Made by a program: the position numbers and the translations under genes. 64,000 bases of DNA from positions 4,134 through 68,133 of the forward strand of contig CAJXSN010000013.1 in the NCBI GenBank assembly GCA_913060895.1. Reading direction: 5' to 3'. Source of the DNA: an uncultured Sphingomonadaceae bacterium. Its GTDB lineage: Bacteria; Pseudomonadota; Alphaproteobacteria; Sphingomonadales; Sphingomonadaceae. The notes under the pieces were generated by a model. It saw only the letters and a program-made list of their open reading frames with translations. It searched no databases and had not been told where the DNA came from. Shown in pieces: positions 8,777 to 19,083 of the stretch. Position 1 is the first letter of the stretch. Each line of letters begins with the position of its first letter.

Positions 8777-9534
8777 AAATCAGTTCCCCCATTGCGAGGC
8801 GTATGGGCGCTTCGCTGCTGGCTTTGTCGGCCCTTGCTACTATGGCGGCAGGCAAGAACTGGGTCACAGAAATCGAGCGGGGCCCGGCCTCACATATCAT
8901 CGGCGACCCGGATGCGGTGCTGACCGTGACCGATTTCTCCAGTTACACCTGCTCCCATTGCGGCACATTTGCCCGCACAGGCGGCGAGATCATGAAGCTC
9001 GCTTATGTCGGCCCCGGCAAAACCCGTGTGGAAATCCGCCATGTGATCCGCAATCCGGTCGATCTGACAGCGACACTGGCCACATGGTGCGGCGACAAGG
9101 ACACGTTCTTGCGCAACCACGCTGCGATCATGTTCGCACAGGAAAAATGGCTGCCGAAAGTAGCCAACGCTACGCCTGGTCAGCGACAGCGCTGGTCCAC
9201 CGGCCCCATTCCCGGCCGTTTGCGCGCCATTGCCAGCGATCTGGATTTCTACGAAATATTTGAAACTCGCGGGATTGATCGCCCTGCGCTTAACCAGTGT
9301 CTGGCCGATACGAAGCTGATGGACACGCTGATCGGGACGACGATGGCGGATGCCGAAACCTATGGCATTCGCGTTACGCCCAGCTTTGCCATCGACGGTG
9401 AGTTACTCGACGCCACACATAGCTGGGAAGCATTGCAACCACAGATTCAGTCTGGACTGGACTCTGCGGATAGCGATGTCGATGGATCAGGCATGCCCGC
9501 CCCCGTGGGTGAAAGCGCATTTTCCCTTGAGTAA
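8773..9534 (+). CDS. DsbA-like thiol:disulfide oxidoreductase (periplasmic)
   Basis: It has a signal peptide and a thioredoxin CxxC motif (SSYTCSHCGTF). Its ATG overlaps the stop of the preceding gene (ATGA). Confidence 0.8.
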   Translation: MKISSPIARRMGASLLALSALATMAAGKNWVTEIERGPASHIIGDPDAVLTVTDFSSYTCSHCGTFARTGGEIMKLAYVGPGKTRVEIRHVIRNPVDLTATLATWCGDKDTFLRNHAAIMFAQEKWLPKVANATPGQRQRWSTGPIPGRLRAIASDLDFYEIFETRGIDRPALNQCLADTKLMDTLIGTTMADAETYGIRVTPSFAIDGELLDATHSWEALQPQIQSGLDSADSDVDGSGMPAPVGESAFSLE

Positions 9535-9596
9535 AAGCGTCCTCACCCGCTAATTCACAGATCATGTCCTTTACGAACGACCAAAAGGTTTTGCAG

Positions 9597-10352
9597 ATGA
9601 TTTCGACCCGCTTCCGCCGCTTTGTCCCCGCACTTGCCCTTCCGCTCGCACTGGCGCTGGCTGCATGCGGTGACAGTGCAGAAGGCGAAGGCCCGGCCGT
9701 CTCCAACAAACCATTGGCCGAAATTCCCGCGCCCGAGGGCCAGCAGTGGAGCCAGATGGTTCAGGTGACCGAGGATGACGGTTATCTGGTCGGCAATCCG
9801 GACGCGCCCATCAAACTTTTGGAATACGCCTCCCTTACCTGCGGCGCCTGCGCCAATTTCACCCAGACCGCTGCAGAAGAAATCAAAGCCGATTATGTCG
9901 ATACAGGCCGTGTATCCTACGAATTGCGCAACCAGGTCCACAACGGTATCGATCTGACGCTGGCCGCGCTGGTTCGCTGCGGCAATCCCGAAAGCTTCCA
10001 CCCGTTGTCAGAGCAAGTATGGCGCAATTTCGAGCAGGTGATGGGCACAGCACAGCAAAATGCCGCCGGTCTGGAAGCGGCAATGACCCGCCCCGAGAAC
10101 GAGCGTTTTGCCGCTGTTGCCGAAAGCGCGGGACTGCTCGACTTCTTTGCGTCGCGCGGCCTCAGCCGCGATCAGGCGCGCACCTGTCTGGCCGATACCG
10201 AAAGTGTCACCGCTATCGCAGAACGCTCTGACGCCCAGTCGGCCGAGCTGGACGTGACCGGCACGCCGACCTTTTTCATCAACGGCCGCAAGGTTGATAC
10301 GAACAACTGGGAACAGCTACAGGTGATGCTACAGGAAGCCGGCGCCCGCTAA
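9597..10352 (+). CDS. DsbA-like thiol:disulfide oxidoreductase lipoprotein (paralog)
   Basis: It has a lipobox (LALALAACGDS) and a CxxC motif (ASLTCGACANF). The architecture is similar to the preceding gene. Confidence 0.8.
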   Translation: MISTRFRRFVPALALPLALALAACGDSAEGEGPAVSNKPLAEIPAPEGQQWSQMVQVTEDDGYLVGNPDAPIKLLEYASLTCGACANFTQTAAEEIKADYVDTGRVSYELRNQVHNGIDLTLAALVRCGNPESFHPLSEQVWRNFEQVMGTAQQNAAGLEAAMTRPENERFAAVAESAGLLDFFASRGLSRDQARTCLADTESVTAIAERSDAQSAELDVTGTPTFFINGRKVDTNNWEQLQVMLQEAGAR

Positions 10353-10405
10353 ACGGGCGCCGCATGCCCATACGTGCTTTTATGGGCGGGACATAAAGGA
10401 CGGGA

Positions 10406-13400
10406 ATGCAGATACGCAGGCTCAAGCTCAGTGGTTTCAAGAGCTTTGTCGAGCCTGCCGAATTGCGTGTCGAACCCGGCCTGACCGGCGTCGTCGGGCC
10501 CAACGGCTGCGGCAAATCCAATCTGCTGGAGGCGATCCGCTGGGTCATGGGCGAAAATTCGCCGAAATCCATGCGTTCCGGTGGGATGGAAGATGTTATC
10601 TTCGCAGGGACTGCTACCCGTCCGCAGCGCGACTTTGCCGAAGTCGTATTGCAGGCACTAGATGATGACGGCGAAGAGCTTGAAGTCACCCGGCGGATAG
10701 AGCGCGGCGCAGGCAGCGCCTACCGTGTCAATGGAGATGATGTGCGGGCCAAGGATGTCTCGCTGACCTTTGCCGATGCGGCCACCGGGGCGCACTCGCC
10801 CGCGCTGGTCAGTCAGGGCAAGATTGCTCAGGTAATCGCTGCGAAACCTGCCCAGCGCCGCGAAATGCTGGAGGAGGCGGCAGGCATTGCCGGCCTGCAT
10901 GTCCGGCGGCGCGATGCGGAAAGCAAGCTGCGCCAGACCGAAGCCAATCTAGCCCGGCTGGAAGATCTGATGGCCGGGCTCGATACCCAAATCGCCGGCC
11001 TTCGCCGTCAGGCAAAACAGGCGGAACGCTACAAAAAACTGTCGGACCAGATTGCGGTGGCAGAAGGCCGCGTTCTCTTCGCCCGCTGGCGCGATGCAGC
11101 GGCGGCGGCAGAGGCCGCTCGCGCTCAGGCACAGACGGCTGAGACGCAAGTGGCCGCTCTTAAACAGTCCGCAGATGATGTGCAGAAGAAGCAGCGCGCG
11201 GACGCAGAAGCGCTGGCCGCAACACGCGAAGAGCTAGCGGATCGGCGCGACGACGCCTCGGCACACGGACATCGCATGGCGGCGCTGACAACCCAGTTGG
11301 AAACCGCCGAACAGCGCCTTGCTGACCTTGATCGGCAACGTGCAAGGCTGGAGGAAGATCGCGGCGAGGCCGACCGATTGACCCGCGACGCTGCCGAAGC
11401 GCTCGGCAGATTGGAGAAGGAACTCGCCACCAACGAGAAAGCTCTGGCCGAAGACGAAGCAAGCCGCCCCACCCTTGCCGCGAAGCTGGAGGACGCCGAA
11501 CGTGCAGGTCGGACGGCGGAACTGGCACTGGCCAAGGCCACGGCCGATCATGCCGGAGTGGAAGCGGAATGGCGGGTGGCAGCCGCAGGCATCGAGCAGG
11601 CCGAGACGCGGGTTGCGCGATTGTCCGGAGAAGCCAGACGCCATGCCGAAACCCGGACTGCATTGACCGAAGGCGATGATCCCGAACTGGCTGCGCATGA
11701 TGCGCGCAGGGCGGCAGAGGCTGCCACGGCCCGGTTGGGTGAATTGCGCGCAGCACTGGAATCCGACCGCGCGCGCAAGGACGGTCTTCAAATTGCCCGG
11801 GACGAAGCGGCCAACGCATTGTCCGCAGCGCAAGCCGATCTGGCTGGCATAGAGCGCGAGTTTCAGGCGCTGGAGCGTGACCGGACAGCCCGCGAAAAAC
11901 AGGCGAAGGGCCGCGCGCGGCTTCCTGCTGCACTCGACAAGGTGAGCGTGGAGCCGGGCTATGAACGCGCGCTCGCCGCGGTTCTGGGCAGCGATGCGAA
12001 GGCGCCGCTCGGCCGCCCCGAAGGCGATCCCGAAGGCCGGTTCTGGACGGGCCGCGATGCGCCCTCGGCCATGCCCGCCCCCGTCGCCCATTCCCTCTCC
12101 TTCCAAGTCACCGATTGCCCACCGGAACTCGCCGCGCGCCTCGCACTGGTCCATGTGGCACAGGCCGACGACGGACGGATATTGGCCCCCGGTGAGTGGT
12201 TGGTCACAACGAGTGGCGCCTTGCGGCGATGGGACGGATTGATTGCGCGCGGGCAAGGCTCTGCCGAAGCAGCGCGGCTGGAGGCGGCCAACAGGCTCGC
12301 TGCTCTGGAGGCCGAATTGCCTGCGAAACAGGCCGTGCGCGATTCAGCTCAGGCGGAGCAGGCGGCTGCACAGGAAGAACTGTCGGCGCTGCAACGTGCG
12401 CTGGTTGGCTCCGAACGCAGCGTTGGCGAGGCCGCCGAGCAGGAGCGGCAGGCCCTGCGCGCTCTGGATCAGGCAGAAGATGCGCGCGAGCGGATTGCCG
12501 TACGTCTGGAAGAGCTGCGAAATGCCGCTGCCGATCTGGCCGAGCAGCAAAAGCAGGCCGAGGCCGAGCTTACCTCTGCAAGGGGCATGCAAGCCGCCCT
12601 GCCCGATCCAGCCACGGGCCGCGCGCAACTGGAGGCGGCGCAGGCGAAAAACGCTGCAGCGCGCTCTGCCATGCAAGCTGCCACAGCACAGATTGCCGCA
12701 CACGATCAGGGGTTGGCAGTCGCCCGTGAACGGACCGCAGCGCAGCGCAGCGACCGCGCCAATTGGCAAGCCCGTTCCGGCGAAGCGGCTCAGCGTCTGG
12801 CAGGCATGGAACAGCGGTTCGAGGAAATCGCACAGGAACGCGCCGTTATCGCTGCCAAGCCTGAAGCGCTGGTTCGCGAAATCGAGCAGGGAGATGCCGT
12901 TCGCACACGCCTTGCAAATGCGCTGCTCGAAGCGGAACGCGCCGTCGCAGGCGCAGAGGAGACCGCCAGAACCACCGAGAATGCCGTGTCCGAAGCAGGC
13001 GAAGCCCTCGCTACCGCGCGCGAAACCCGCGCCGGGCTGGCCGCGAAGGCTGAAAACGAGGAAAATCGCCGAAGCGATATGGCCCGGCAATCGGGCGAGC
13101 GTTTTCATTGTCCCCCACCCCTTCTGTCCGAAAAACTTGGCTTCGAAGCAGATGATGTCGGCCCGCAGGAGCGCGAAGCCGAAGAGATGGACCGCCTTTC
13201 TGCCAGCCGCGAAAGGATCGGCCCGGTCAATCTGGTCGCTGCCGACGAGCTGGAGCGGATCGAAGGTGAGCACGGAGCCAGTGCCGCAGAGCAGGAGGAA
13301 CTGGCCGAAGCGGTCAATCGCCTGCGAGGCAGCATCGGCAACCTTAATCGCGAGGGCCGCCAGCGTCTGAGCGCGGCGTTCGAGCAAGTCGATAGCCATT

Positions 13401-13840
13401 TCCGCCTTTTGTTCACGAAACTGTTCGATGGTGGACAGGCGCATCTGGCGCTGATCGACAGCGACGATCCGCTGGAGGCCGGCCTGGAAATCTACGCCCA
13501 GCCGCCCGGCAAGCGATTGCAATCGCTTACCTTGCTATCGGGCGGAGAACAGGCGCTGACAGCCATCGCACTGATCTTCGCCCTATTCCTGACCAACCCC
13601 GCCCCGATCTGTGTGCTGGATGAAGTCGATGCGCCATTGGACGATGTCAATATCGACCGCTTCTGTGATCTGCTGGATGCGATGGTGCGCGAGACCGACA
13701 CGCGCTACCTGATCGTGACGCACAACGCTGTCACGATGAGCCGGATGCACCGGTTGTTCGGTGTAACGATGGTTGAGCACGGCATCAGCCGCTTAGTCAG
13801 TGTCGATCTGGGTGAGGCGGAACTGCTCGCGGCGGAATAA
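10406..13840 (+). CDS. smc: Chromosome segregation protein SMC
   Basis: The 1144-aa product has an N-terminal Walker A (GPNGCGKSN), long Ala/Glu/Arg coiled coils with a hinge, a C-terminal signature motif (LSGGEQALTAIAL) and a Walker B (CVLDEVDAPLD). Confidence 0.95.
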   Translation: MQIRRLKLSGFKSFVEPAELRVEPGLTGVVGPNGCGKSNLLEAIRWVMGENSPKSMRSGGMEDVIFAGTATRPQRDFAEVVLQALDDDGEELEVTRRIERGAGSAYRVNGDDVRAKDVSLTFADAATGAHSPALVSQGKIAQVIAAKPAQRREMLEEAAGIAGLHVRRRDAESKLRQTEANLARLEDLMAGLDTQIAGLRRQAKQAERYKKLSDQIAVAEGRVLFARWRDAAAAAEAARAQAQTAETQVAALKQSADDVQKKQRADAEALAATREELADRRDDASAHGHRMAALTTQLETAEQRLADLDRQRARLEEDRGEADRLTRDAAEALGRLEKELATNEKALAEDEASRPTLAAKLEDAERAGRTAELALAKATADHAGVEAEWRVAAAGIEQAETRVARLSGEARRHAETRTALTEGDDPELAAHDARRAAEAATARLGELRAALESDRARKDGLQIARDEAANALSAAQADLAGIEREFQALERDRTAREKQAKGRARLPAALDKVSVEPGYERALAAVLGSDAKAPLGRPEGDPEGRFWTGRDAPSAMPAPVAHSLSFQVTDCPPELAARLALVHVAQADDGRILAPGEWLVTTSGALRRWDGLIARGQGSAEAARLEAANRLAALEAELPAKQAVRDSAQAEQAAAQEELSALQRALVGSERSVGEAAEQERQALRALDQAEDARERIAVRLEELRNAAADLAEQQKQAEAELTSARGMQAALPDPATGRAQLEAAQAKNAAARSAMQAATAQIAAHDQGLAVARERTAAQRSDRANWQARSGEAAQRLAGMEQRFEEIAQERAVIAAKPEALVREIEQGDAVRTRLANALLEAERAVAGAEETARTTENAVSEAGEALATARETRAGLAAKAENEENRRSDMARQSGERFHCPPPLLSEKLGFEADDVGPQEREAEEMDRLSASRERIGPVNLVAADELERIEGEHGASAAEQEELAEAVNRLRGSIGNLNREGRQRLSAAFEQVDSHFRLLFTKLFDGGQAHLALIDSDDPLEAGLEIYAQPPGKRLQSLTLLSGGEQALTAIALIFALFLTNPAPICVLDEVDAPLDDVNIDRFCDLLDAMVRETDTRYLIVTHNAVTMSRMHRLFGVTMVEHGISRLVSVDLGEAELLAAE

Positions 13841-13899
13841 GGCCGTTTAGTCGCCTTTGTAGGTCCAGATCGCTCAAAATGCGCAAGCGCCCGAAGCAG

Positions 13900-14388
13900 T
13901 CAGGCTGCAATCGCTGCTTCCAGCCGCGCGCGAATGTCTTTCAACTCTGCGATCGCCTCGGCCACGGCAATCCGTCCGTCGGCGTTTGCTGCGGCAGAGC
14001 CCGGCGCACGTTCTCTGGCGCCTGCATTGGCAGGTTCGGCAGACAGAACAGGATCGGGCAGCGAAGCCTCCTCGATTCCGTTGTCCGGCACATCGGCATC
14101 GCTGCCTGAAGGCCCGCCCGCCATATCGGCGCGGCCTTCTTCGATCGCTACACGCGCGCCTTTAATGGTGTAGCCCTCTACGTTCACCAGCCGGTTGATC
14201 GTCTCGATCAGAGCGACATCGCCCGGCCGGTAATAACGCCGGTTGCCACTACGCTTCAGCGGCTCCAGCGTGGGAAACTGTTCTTCCCAATAACGCAAGA
14301 CGTGGGGTTTGATATCAAGCGCCTGTCCGACTTCGCCGATGGTGCGCAATGCGCCCTCATCCTTACCGTCTTCGAACTGCGCAGTCAT
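13900..14388 (-). CDS. MerR-family transcriptional regulator
   Basis: The MerR HTH region reads IGEVGQALDIKPHVLRYWEEQF...RSGNRRYYRPGDV. The start is placed at ATG 14388, preceded by AAGGGG, and lies 4 nt after the ihfA stop. Confidence 0.85.
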   Translation of the reverse strand: MTAQFEDGKDEGALRTIGEVGQALDIKPHVLRYWEEQFPTLEPLKRSGNRRYYRPGDVALIETINRLVNVEGYTIKGARVAIEEGRADMAGGPSGSDADVPDNGIEEASLPDPVLSAEPANAGARERAPGSAAANADGRIAVAEAIAELKDIRARLEAAIAA

Positions 14389-14392
14389 CGAT

Positions 14393-14692
14393 TTACCCCT
14401 TCGCAATACGTTCCTTCAGCAGCTGGCTTGCGCGGAAGGTCATCACCCGGCGCGGAGTAATCGGCACTTCGACCCCGGTCTTGGGGTTGCGACCAATCCG
14501 CTCTTTTTTATCCCGCAGCACAAAACTGCCAAAACCCGAAATCTTGACGTTCTCGCCATCCTGCATTGCCGAGCACATATGTCGCAAAATGGACTCAACC
14601 AGGTCGAGCGATTCAGCGCGGCTGAAACCCAGCTTGCGGTTGATTGTCTCTGCCAAATCCGCACGGGTCAAAGTTCCCACCGAACGCGCCAT
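14393..14692 (-). CDS. ihfA: Integration host factor subunit alpha
   Basis: The sequence [11 protein letters not shown]...[44 protein letters not shown] is a classic IHF/HU fold. The start was chosen at the internal ATG (MARSVG) with an AAGGAG SD. Confidence 0.9.
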   Translation of the reverse strand: MARSVGTLTRADLAETINRKLGFSRAESLDLVESILRHMCSAMQDGENVKISGFGSFVLRDKKERIGRNPKTGVEVPITPRRVMTFRASQLLKERIAKG

Positions 14693-14825
14693 GCCAGTCT
14701 CCTTAATCACATCGGTGCGACCCAAGTGTATTGAGATAATAGAAAAACCTAACCTTTCCGGCAATTTTCTGCAATCCATGCTGTGCAAAAAAAGGGGAAA
14801 TAACGGCGCGGATAGTGTTCCGGCC

Positions 14826-15791
14826 TTAAAGCCGCATCAGGCTCGCCCCCCAGGTGAACCCGCCACCCATTGCTTCGAACATCACCAAAGCACCGTCCTG
14901 AATGCGCCCGTCGCGCCGTGCGGTGTCGAACGCCAGCGGCACAGAGGCTGCCGATGTATTGGCGTGCCGGTCCACGGTCACGACAATTTTCTCTGCCGGG
15001 AGGCTCAGTTTACGTGCGGTCGCGTCCAAAATTCGGGCATTGGCCTGATGGGGTACGACCCAGTCGATTTCGGATGCCGAGATACCTGCATCCTCTATCA
15101 CTTCGCGCAGAACGGATGCCAGATTGACGACTGCATGGCGGAACACCTCGCGGCCCTTCATGCGAAGATGACCTACCGTTTGCGTGGTCGATGGCCCGCC
15201 ATCGACATACAGCAGATCGTGCTGATTGCCGTCGGCATGCAGGCGCGATGTGATAATCCCGCGATCCGCCTCCTCACCCTCGTCAGCTTCTAGAACGATC
15301 GCGCCTGCGCCATCACCGAATAAAACGCAGGTGGTCCGGTCTTCCCAGTCCAAAATGCGGCTGAAGGTCTCCGCGCCGATGACCAGGGCACGTTTTGCCA
15401 TGCCCGTTTTCAGCAGCGAATCAGCAGTGGCCAGCGCGTAAAGAAAGCCGGAGCACACCGCCTGAACATCGAAAGCGATGCCACCGGTGCAGCCCAGCCC
15501 GGCCTGCACCTTTGTTGCGGTGGCGGGGAATGTATTATCCGGGGTGGCCGTGGCCAGAACAATCAGATCGATGTCGGTCGCATCAATCCCTGCATCGGCC
15601 AGAGCCGCACGCGCCGCATCGATTGCTAGGCTGGCGGTGGTTTCCCCCTCGCCGGCAATATAGCGCTGATGAATACCCGTCCGCTCCACGATCCATTCGT
15701 CACTGGTATCGACCTGTGCCGCCAGTTCCGCATTGGAAACGACCCGCGCCGGCAAGGCCGAGCCGCTGCCACGAAAGACAGACCGGATCAC
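14826..15791 (-). CDS. fabH: Beta-ketoacyl-ACP synthase III
   Basis: The product is full-length FabH-like ([10 protein letters not shown] active-site Cys region, [12 protein letters not shown]). Its GTG start overlaps the plsX stop. Confidence 0.95.
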   Translation of the reverse strand: MIRSVFRGSGSALPARVVSNAELAAQVDTSDEWIVERTGIHQRYIAGEGETTASLAIDAARAALADAGIDATDIDLIVLATATPDNTFPATATKVQAGLGCTGGIAFDVQAVCSGFLYALATADSLLKTGMAKRALVIGAETFSRILDWEDRTTCVLFGDGAGAIVLEADEGEEADRGIITSRLHADGNQHDLLYVDGGPSTTQTVGHLRMKGREVFRHAVVNLASVLREVIEDAGISASEIDWVVPHQANARILDATARKLSLPAEKIVVTVDRHANTSAASVPLAFDTARRDGRIQDGALVMFEAMGGGFTWGASLMRL

Positions 15792-16933
15792 TTCGGGCTT
15801 TCACTAGTAGATTTGGCACTAGTAGATTTGGCACTAGTGGATTTGGGCGCTTCGCCGGACCCAGCAGCAGGCTTCGCAGCAGGATCGCTTCCGGGTGCGC
15901 TGCCAGCCCACATCCGGGCATCGAGTTCACCCAGATCATGCGCGATTCTCTCGGTAAGCTTGTTCTCGAGCAGCCGCGCAGCAACCGCGACCGCGTTAGC
16001 CACCCCGGACGCCGTTGCACTCCCGTGACTTTTCACCACCACACCGTTCAGTCCCAGAAAGACCGCGCCGTTGTGGTTGTTCGGATCGAGATGATGCTTG
16101 AGCAATTCTGTTGCGGGACGTGAGACAAGGAACCCGATCTTCGACCGCAGCGAACTGGTAAACGCCGATCTTAGCAGGTCGGTCACGAAGCGTGCTGCGC
16201 CCTCGATCGCTTTCAGTGCGATATTGCCGGAGAACCCGTCGGTCACCACCACATCGACTTCGCCGCGATTGATTTTGTCGCTTTCGATGAACCCGTCAAA
16301 GCTCATGTCGAGCGCAGTGGCATCCTGCAACTGGGTTGCCGCATCCCGCACAGCATCAGTACCCTTGATGTCCTCTGTACCGATATTCAGCAGGCGCACC
16401 CGCGGCTTTTCACGGCCGGTCAGAATGCGCGAATAGGCTGCACCCATCACCGCGAACTGGACCAGATTGCGGGCATCCGCCTCTGTATTGGCGCCCAGAT
16501 CCAGCATGACGACATCGTCGTCTTTCAGGGTGGGCATCACACCGGCAAGCGCAGGCCGATCTATTCCGGGCATGGTGCGCAGGGCCAGCTTGCTCATCGC
16601 CATCAGCGCGCCTGTATTCCCGGCACTGACTGCGGCCCCTGCCTGGCCCTGTTTCACGGCATTGACGGCCAGACCCATAGATGTCGTCTTGGCACGGCGC
16701 AGCGCCTGAGTCGGCTTTTCCTCACCCCCGACAACATCGTCGCAATGCAAAATTTCGCTGGCAGCGCGAAGATTCGGGTGGCCCTCCAGCGCCGCTTCGA
16801 TACGGGCGCTGTCGCCGACCAGAAGGAACTGGAATTGGTCGTGACGCCGCCGGGCTTCGGCAGCGCCATCGATCATGACGCGCACGCCCTCGTCGCCGCC
16901 CATCGCATCAACGGCGATACGCGGCAGGGTCAT
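15788..16933 (-). CDS. plsX: Phosphate acyltransferase PlsX with a repeat-containing C-terminal tail
   Basis: The PlsX core ([11 protein letters not shown]...GNTGALMA) is followed by an unusual about 45-aa Ala/Pro/Ser/Lys tail ending [18 protein letters not shown]. Confidence 0.95.
   Translation of the reverse strand: MTLPRIAVDAMGGDEGVRVMIDGAAEARRRHDQFQFLLVGDSARIEAALEGHPNLRAASEILHCDDVVGGEEKPTQALRRAKTTSMGLAVNAVKQGQAGAAVSAGNTGALMAMSKLALRTMPGIDRPALAGVMPTLKDDDVVMLDLGANTEADARNLVQFAVMGAAYSRILTGREKPRVRLLNIGTEDIKGTDAVRDAATQLQDATALDMSFDGFIESDKINRGEVDVVVTDGFSGNIALKAIEGAARFVTDLLRSAFTSSLRSKIGFLVSRPATELLKHHLDPNNHNGAVFLGLNGVVVKSHGSATASGVANAVAVAARLLENKLTERIAHDLGELDARMWAGSAPGSDPAAKPAAGSGEAPKSTSAKSTSAKSTSESPK
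15802..15846. repeat. 3 x 15-bp perfect/near-perfect tandem repeat (CACTAGTAGATTTGG) inside the plsX 3' end
   Basis: Units lie at 15802-15816, 15817-15831 and 15832-15846; the third has one mismatch. Each contains an ACTAGT site. The repeat encodes the (KSTSA)n tail on the minus strand. Confidence 0.9.
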
Positions 16934-16969
16934 GTCACTCTCCAGTTGAACTTGATTGCAGGTCTGAAA

Positions 16970-17149
16970 TTACAAGCTGGGCGCGAGAACTTCGCGGCCA
17001 TTGTAGAAACCGCAGTGCGGGCACAGATTGTGCGGGCGTTTCAGCTCGCCACAATTGTTGCACTCGTGATGCGCTTCGACTTTCAGCGAATCATGCGCGC
17101 GGCGATTGCCACGGCGATGCGGGGAAACTTTTCTTTTGGGGACAGCCAT
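16970..17149 (-). CDS. rpmF: 50S ribosomal protein L32
   Basis: The sequence [20 protein letters not shown]...[18 protein letters not shown] is the real gene, occupying the 3' part of the 109-aa ORF 16970-17299. Confidence 0.9.
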   Translation of the reverse strand: MAVPKRKVSPHRRGNRRAHDSLKVEAHHECNNCGELKRPHNLCPHCGFYNGREVLAPSL

Positions 17150-17347
17150 CTCGGCACCGATCCTAGAATTATCAAACTGTTGCAGGTCCGCGTTAGGCGA
17201 AGGCTGGCACGGGCACAACCGGTAATGGGCGCGCACGGGCGTAACCGTCGATTTGGCGGCGAAGGGGCGGCCTATATGCAGGTTTCGCTTACGTTGCAAC
17301 CATTGGACGCGCGCTCTAGGTGGGCAGGATTATTAGGGAGAACGGAC

Positions 17348-17746
17348 ATGGGCTTTATCTTGCCGACTACACTGGCGCTGGCAGCAGCAGCCGCGCTGAC
17401 CAATATCTGGCTATCTATCCGTATCGGGGCCATTCGCCGGGCTCACGGGATCAGCGTGGGCGATGGAGGCAACGAAGCGCTGGGCCGCCGGATGCGCGCG
17501 CAACTGAACTTTGCAGAGAACACGCCTATTGTGCTGGTGCTGGTCGCGGCGATCGAACTGACGGCGAAGGGCGGCCTGTGGCTGCCCTGGGTCGCCCTGA
17601 TCTATGCTGTCGGGCGCGTCCTGCATGGCTTCGGCATGGACGGGGGCGGTATGCAATGGGGCCGAATGGTCGGCACGATTGTAACAATGCTTGTTCAGCT
17701 AGGACTGGCTATCTTCGCCGCCTTGATCGCAATGATGGTGGTGTGA
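17348..17746 (+). CDS. MAPEG-family membrane protein
   Basis: The 132-aa hydrophobic product contains IRRAHGISVGDGG...LGRRMRAQLNFAENTP...GRVLHGFG, typical of the MAPEG superfamily. Only the last third of ORF 16745-17746 is credible. Confidence 0.75.
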   Translation: MGFILPTTLALAAAAALTNIWLSIRIGAIRRAHGISVGDGGNEALGRRMRAQLNFAENTPIVLVLVAAIELTAKGGLWLPWVALIYAVGRVLHGFGMDGGGMQWGRMVGTIVTMLVQLGLAIFAALIAMMVV

Positions 17747-17765
17747 GAAGATTTTTGATTGATGC

Positions 17766-17787
17766 GGGCCGGATATTCATCCGGCCC
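17766..17787 (+). terminator. Terminator-like hairpin after the MAPEG gene
   Basis: GGGCCGGAT-ATTC-ATCCGGCCC forms a 9-bp perfect stem 20 nt after the stop. It is followed by a weak T-rich run (TTGCAGTTTC). Confidence 0.4.
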
Positions 17788-17898
17788 TTGCAGTTTCAGC
17801 ACGCCCCTCCAACCAACCTATATCGCATCTGAAGATGATGTGCCCGGACGGAGGGGGCCCGGGGCCGCGGAGGAAAGCGCAAATGCGCTGACCCCACG

Positions 17899-18570
17899 CT
17901 AAGACAGCGCGTAATCGCTTACGAAAGCGTTGGTCTTGCGTTCCTGACCGAACGTGCTGGTCGGGCCATGTCCGGGGATGAAGGTCACATCGTCACCCAG
18001 CGGCCACAGCTTCTGGGTAATCGCATCGATAAGATCCTGATGGTTGCCCATCGGGAAATCAGTGCGGCCAATACTGCCCTGAAAGATCACGTCTCCAACC
18101 ACTGCAAACTTGCTGGGCCGGTGGAAGAAAATCACATGGCCGGGGGTGTGGCCGGGGCAATGGACCACCTCCAGCACCAGATTACCCACAGTCACGGTGT
18201 CGCCATCATCCAGCCAGCGGTCAGGCTCGAACACTTCGCCTGCAATCCCGTATTTCTTGCCGTCCTCGCCCAGCCGGTCGATCCAGAAACGGTCGGCCTC
18301 GTGCGGGCCTTCGATTTTCAGTCCCAGTTCCTTCGCCAGTATGCCCGCTTCGCCGCAGTGGTCGATATGGCCGTGGGTAATCAGGATTTTCTCCAGCTCT
18401 ACACCGGATTTCGCAACACCGGCCTTCAGCTTGTCCAGATCGCCGCCTGGGTCCACCAGCGCGCCCTTATTGGTCGCGGTGCACCAGATCAGCGAGCAGT
18501 TCTGCTGCAGGGGCGTAACCGGAATGATCCCGGCTTTTATCGGAGGGGTTGGCTTGGCTGTTTCTGTCAT
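17899..18570 (-). CDS. MBL-fold metallo-hydrolase (glyoxalase II-like)
   Basis: It contains the HxHxDH motif (ILITHGHIDHCGEAG) and downstream His/Asp ligands (VVHCPGHTPGH). The start (18570 vs 18588/18636) is uncertain. Confidence 0.85.
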   Translation of the reverse strand: MTETAKPTPPIKAGIIPVTPLQQNCSLIWCTATNKGALVDPGGDLDKLKAGVAKSGVELEKILITHGHIDHCGEAGILAKELGLKIEGPHEADRFWIDRLGEDGKKYGIAGEVFEPDRWLDDGDTVTVGNLVLEVVHCPGHTPGHVIFFHRPSKFAVVGDVIFQGSIGRTDFPMGNHQDLIDAITQKLWPLGDDVTFIPGHGPTSTFGQERKTNAFVSDYALS

Positions 18571-18677
18571 GCTTGCCGATGTGCCCATCGTATCGAAGTT
18601 GCGCAAGATGCGCTGCGCATTTGCCGACCGGGACAATGCGGTTTACCCAGTCAGAAACAAAACCACGGAGCTATCCA

Positions 18678-19079
18678 GTGATACCGAAAGTTTTCATACG
18701 CCCTGCGCCGCTTTGCCGGCTTGCCGCTCTTACCTTTGCGACGATCCTGACGGCCTGTCAGCCTGCTACTTCACCACCGGAAACCGGCGTCACGGCTTCG
18801 GCCACGACGTCGGGCGTTGCCCCTTCATTTGTGCAGGCCGCCTGCGCGGATTGTCACGGTGTCGAACCCAATATGATCTCGCCCAATCCCGGAGTGCCCG
18901 CGTTCAGCGACATCGCCAATCGCGAAGGTGTAACCCGGGAAAGCCTGATCGCTTTCCTGCGCAACGCGCACAACTATCCGGAACAGATGGATTTCGATCT
19001 GGACGATGATGATATAGGAGAAATTGCCGATTACCTGATAACGCTTCAGAATGGTGACTATCGCCTTCCGCCCTCCTGA
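18678..19079 (+). CDS. Small c-type cytochrome lipoprotein
   Basis: It has a CxxCH haem-binding motif (ACADCHGV) and a lipobox-like N-terminus (LTFATILTACQPA). The GTG start at 18678 lies 7 nt after a GGAG. Confidence 0.7.
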   Translation: MIPKVFIRPAPLCRLAALTFATILTACQPATSPPETGVTASATTSGVAPSFVQAACADCHGVEPNMISPNPGVPAFSDIANREGVTRESLIAFLRNAHNYPEQMDFDLDDDDIGEIADYLITLQNGDYRLPPS

Positions 19080-19083
19080 GGCG

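Noticed and set aside
10658-13522. A stack of overlapping ORFs in several frames lies within smc, for example 11234-12256, 12243-13370 and 12344-13522.
   Set aside because: The repetitive GC-rich Ala/Glu/Arg coiled-coil coding sequence keeps several frames open. Only the 1144-aa SMC frame has head, hinge and signature motifs.
15802-15846. The tandem repeat was considered as a possible CRISPR or mobile-element remnant.
   Set aside because: The units are directly adjacent with no spacers. There are only three copies, they lie inside a coding region and are in frame. No cas or transposase genes are nearby.
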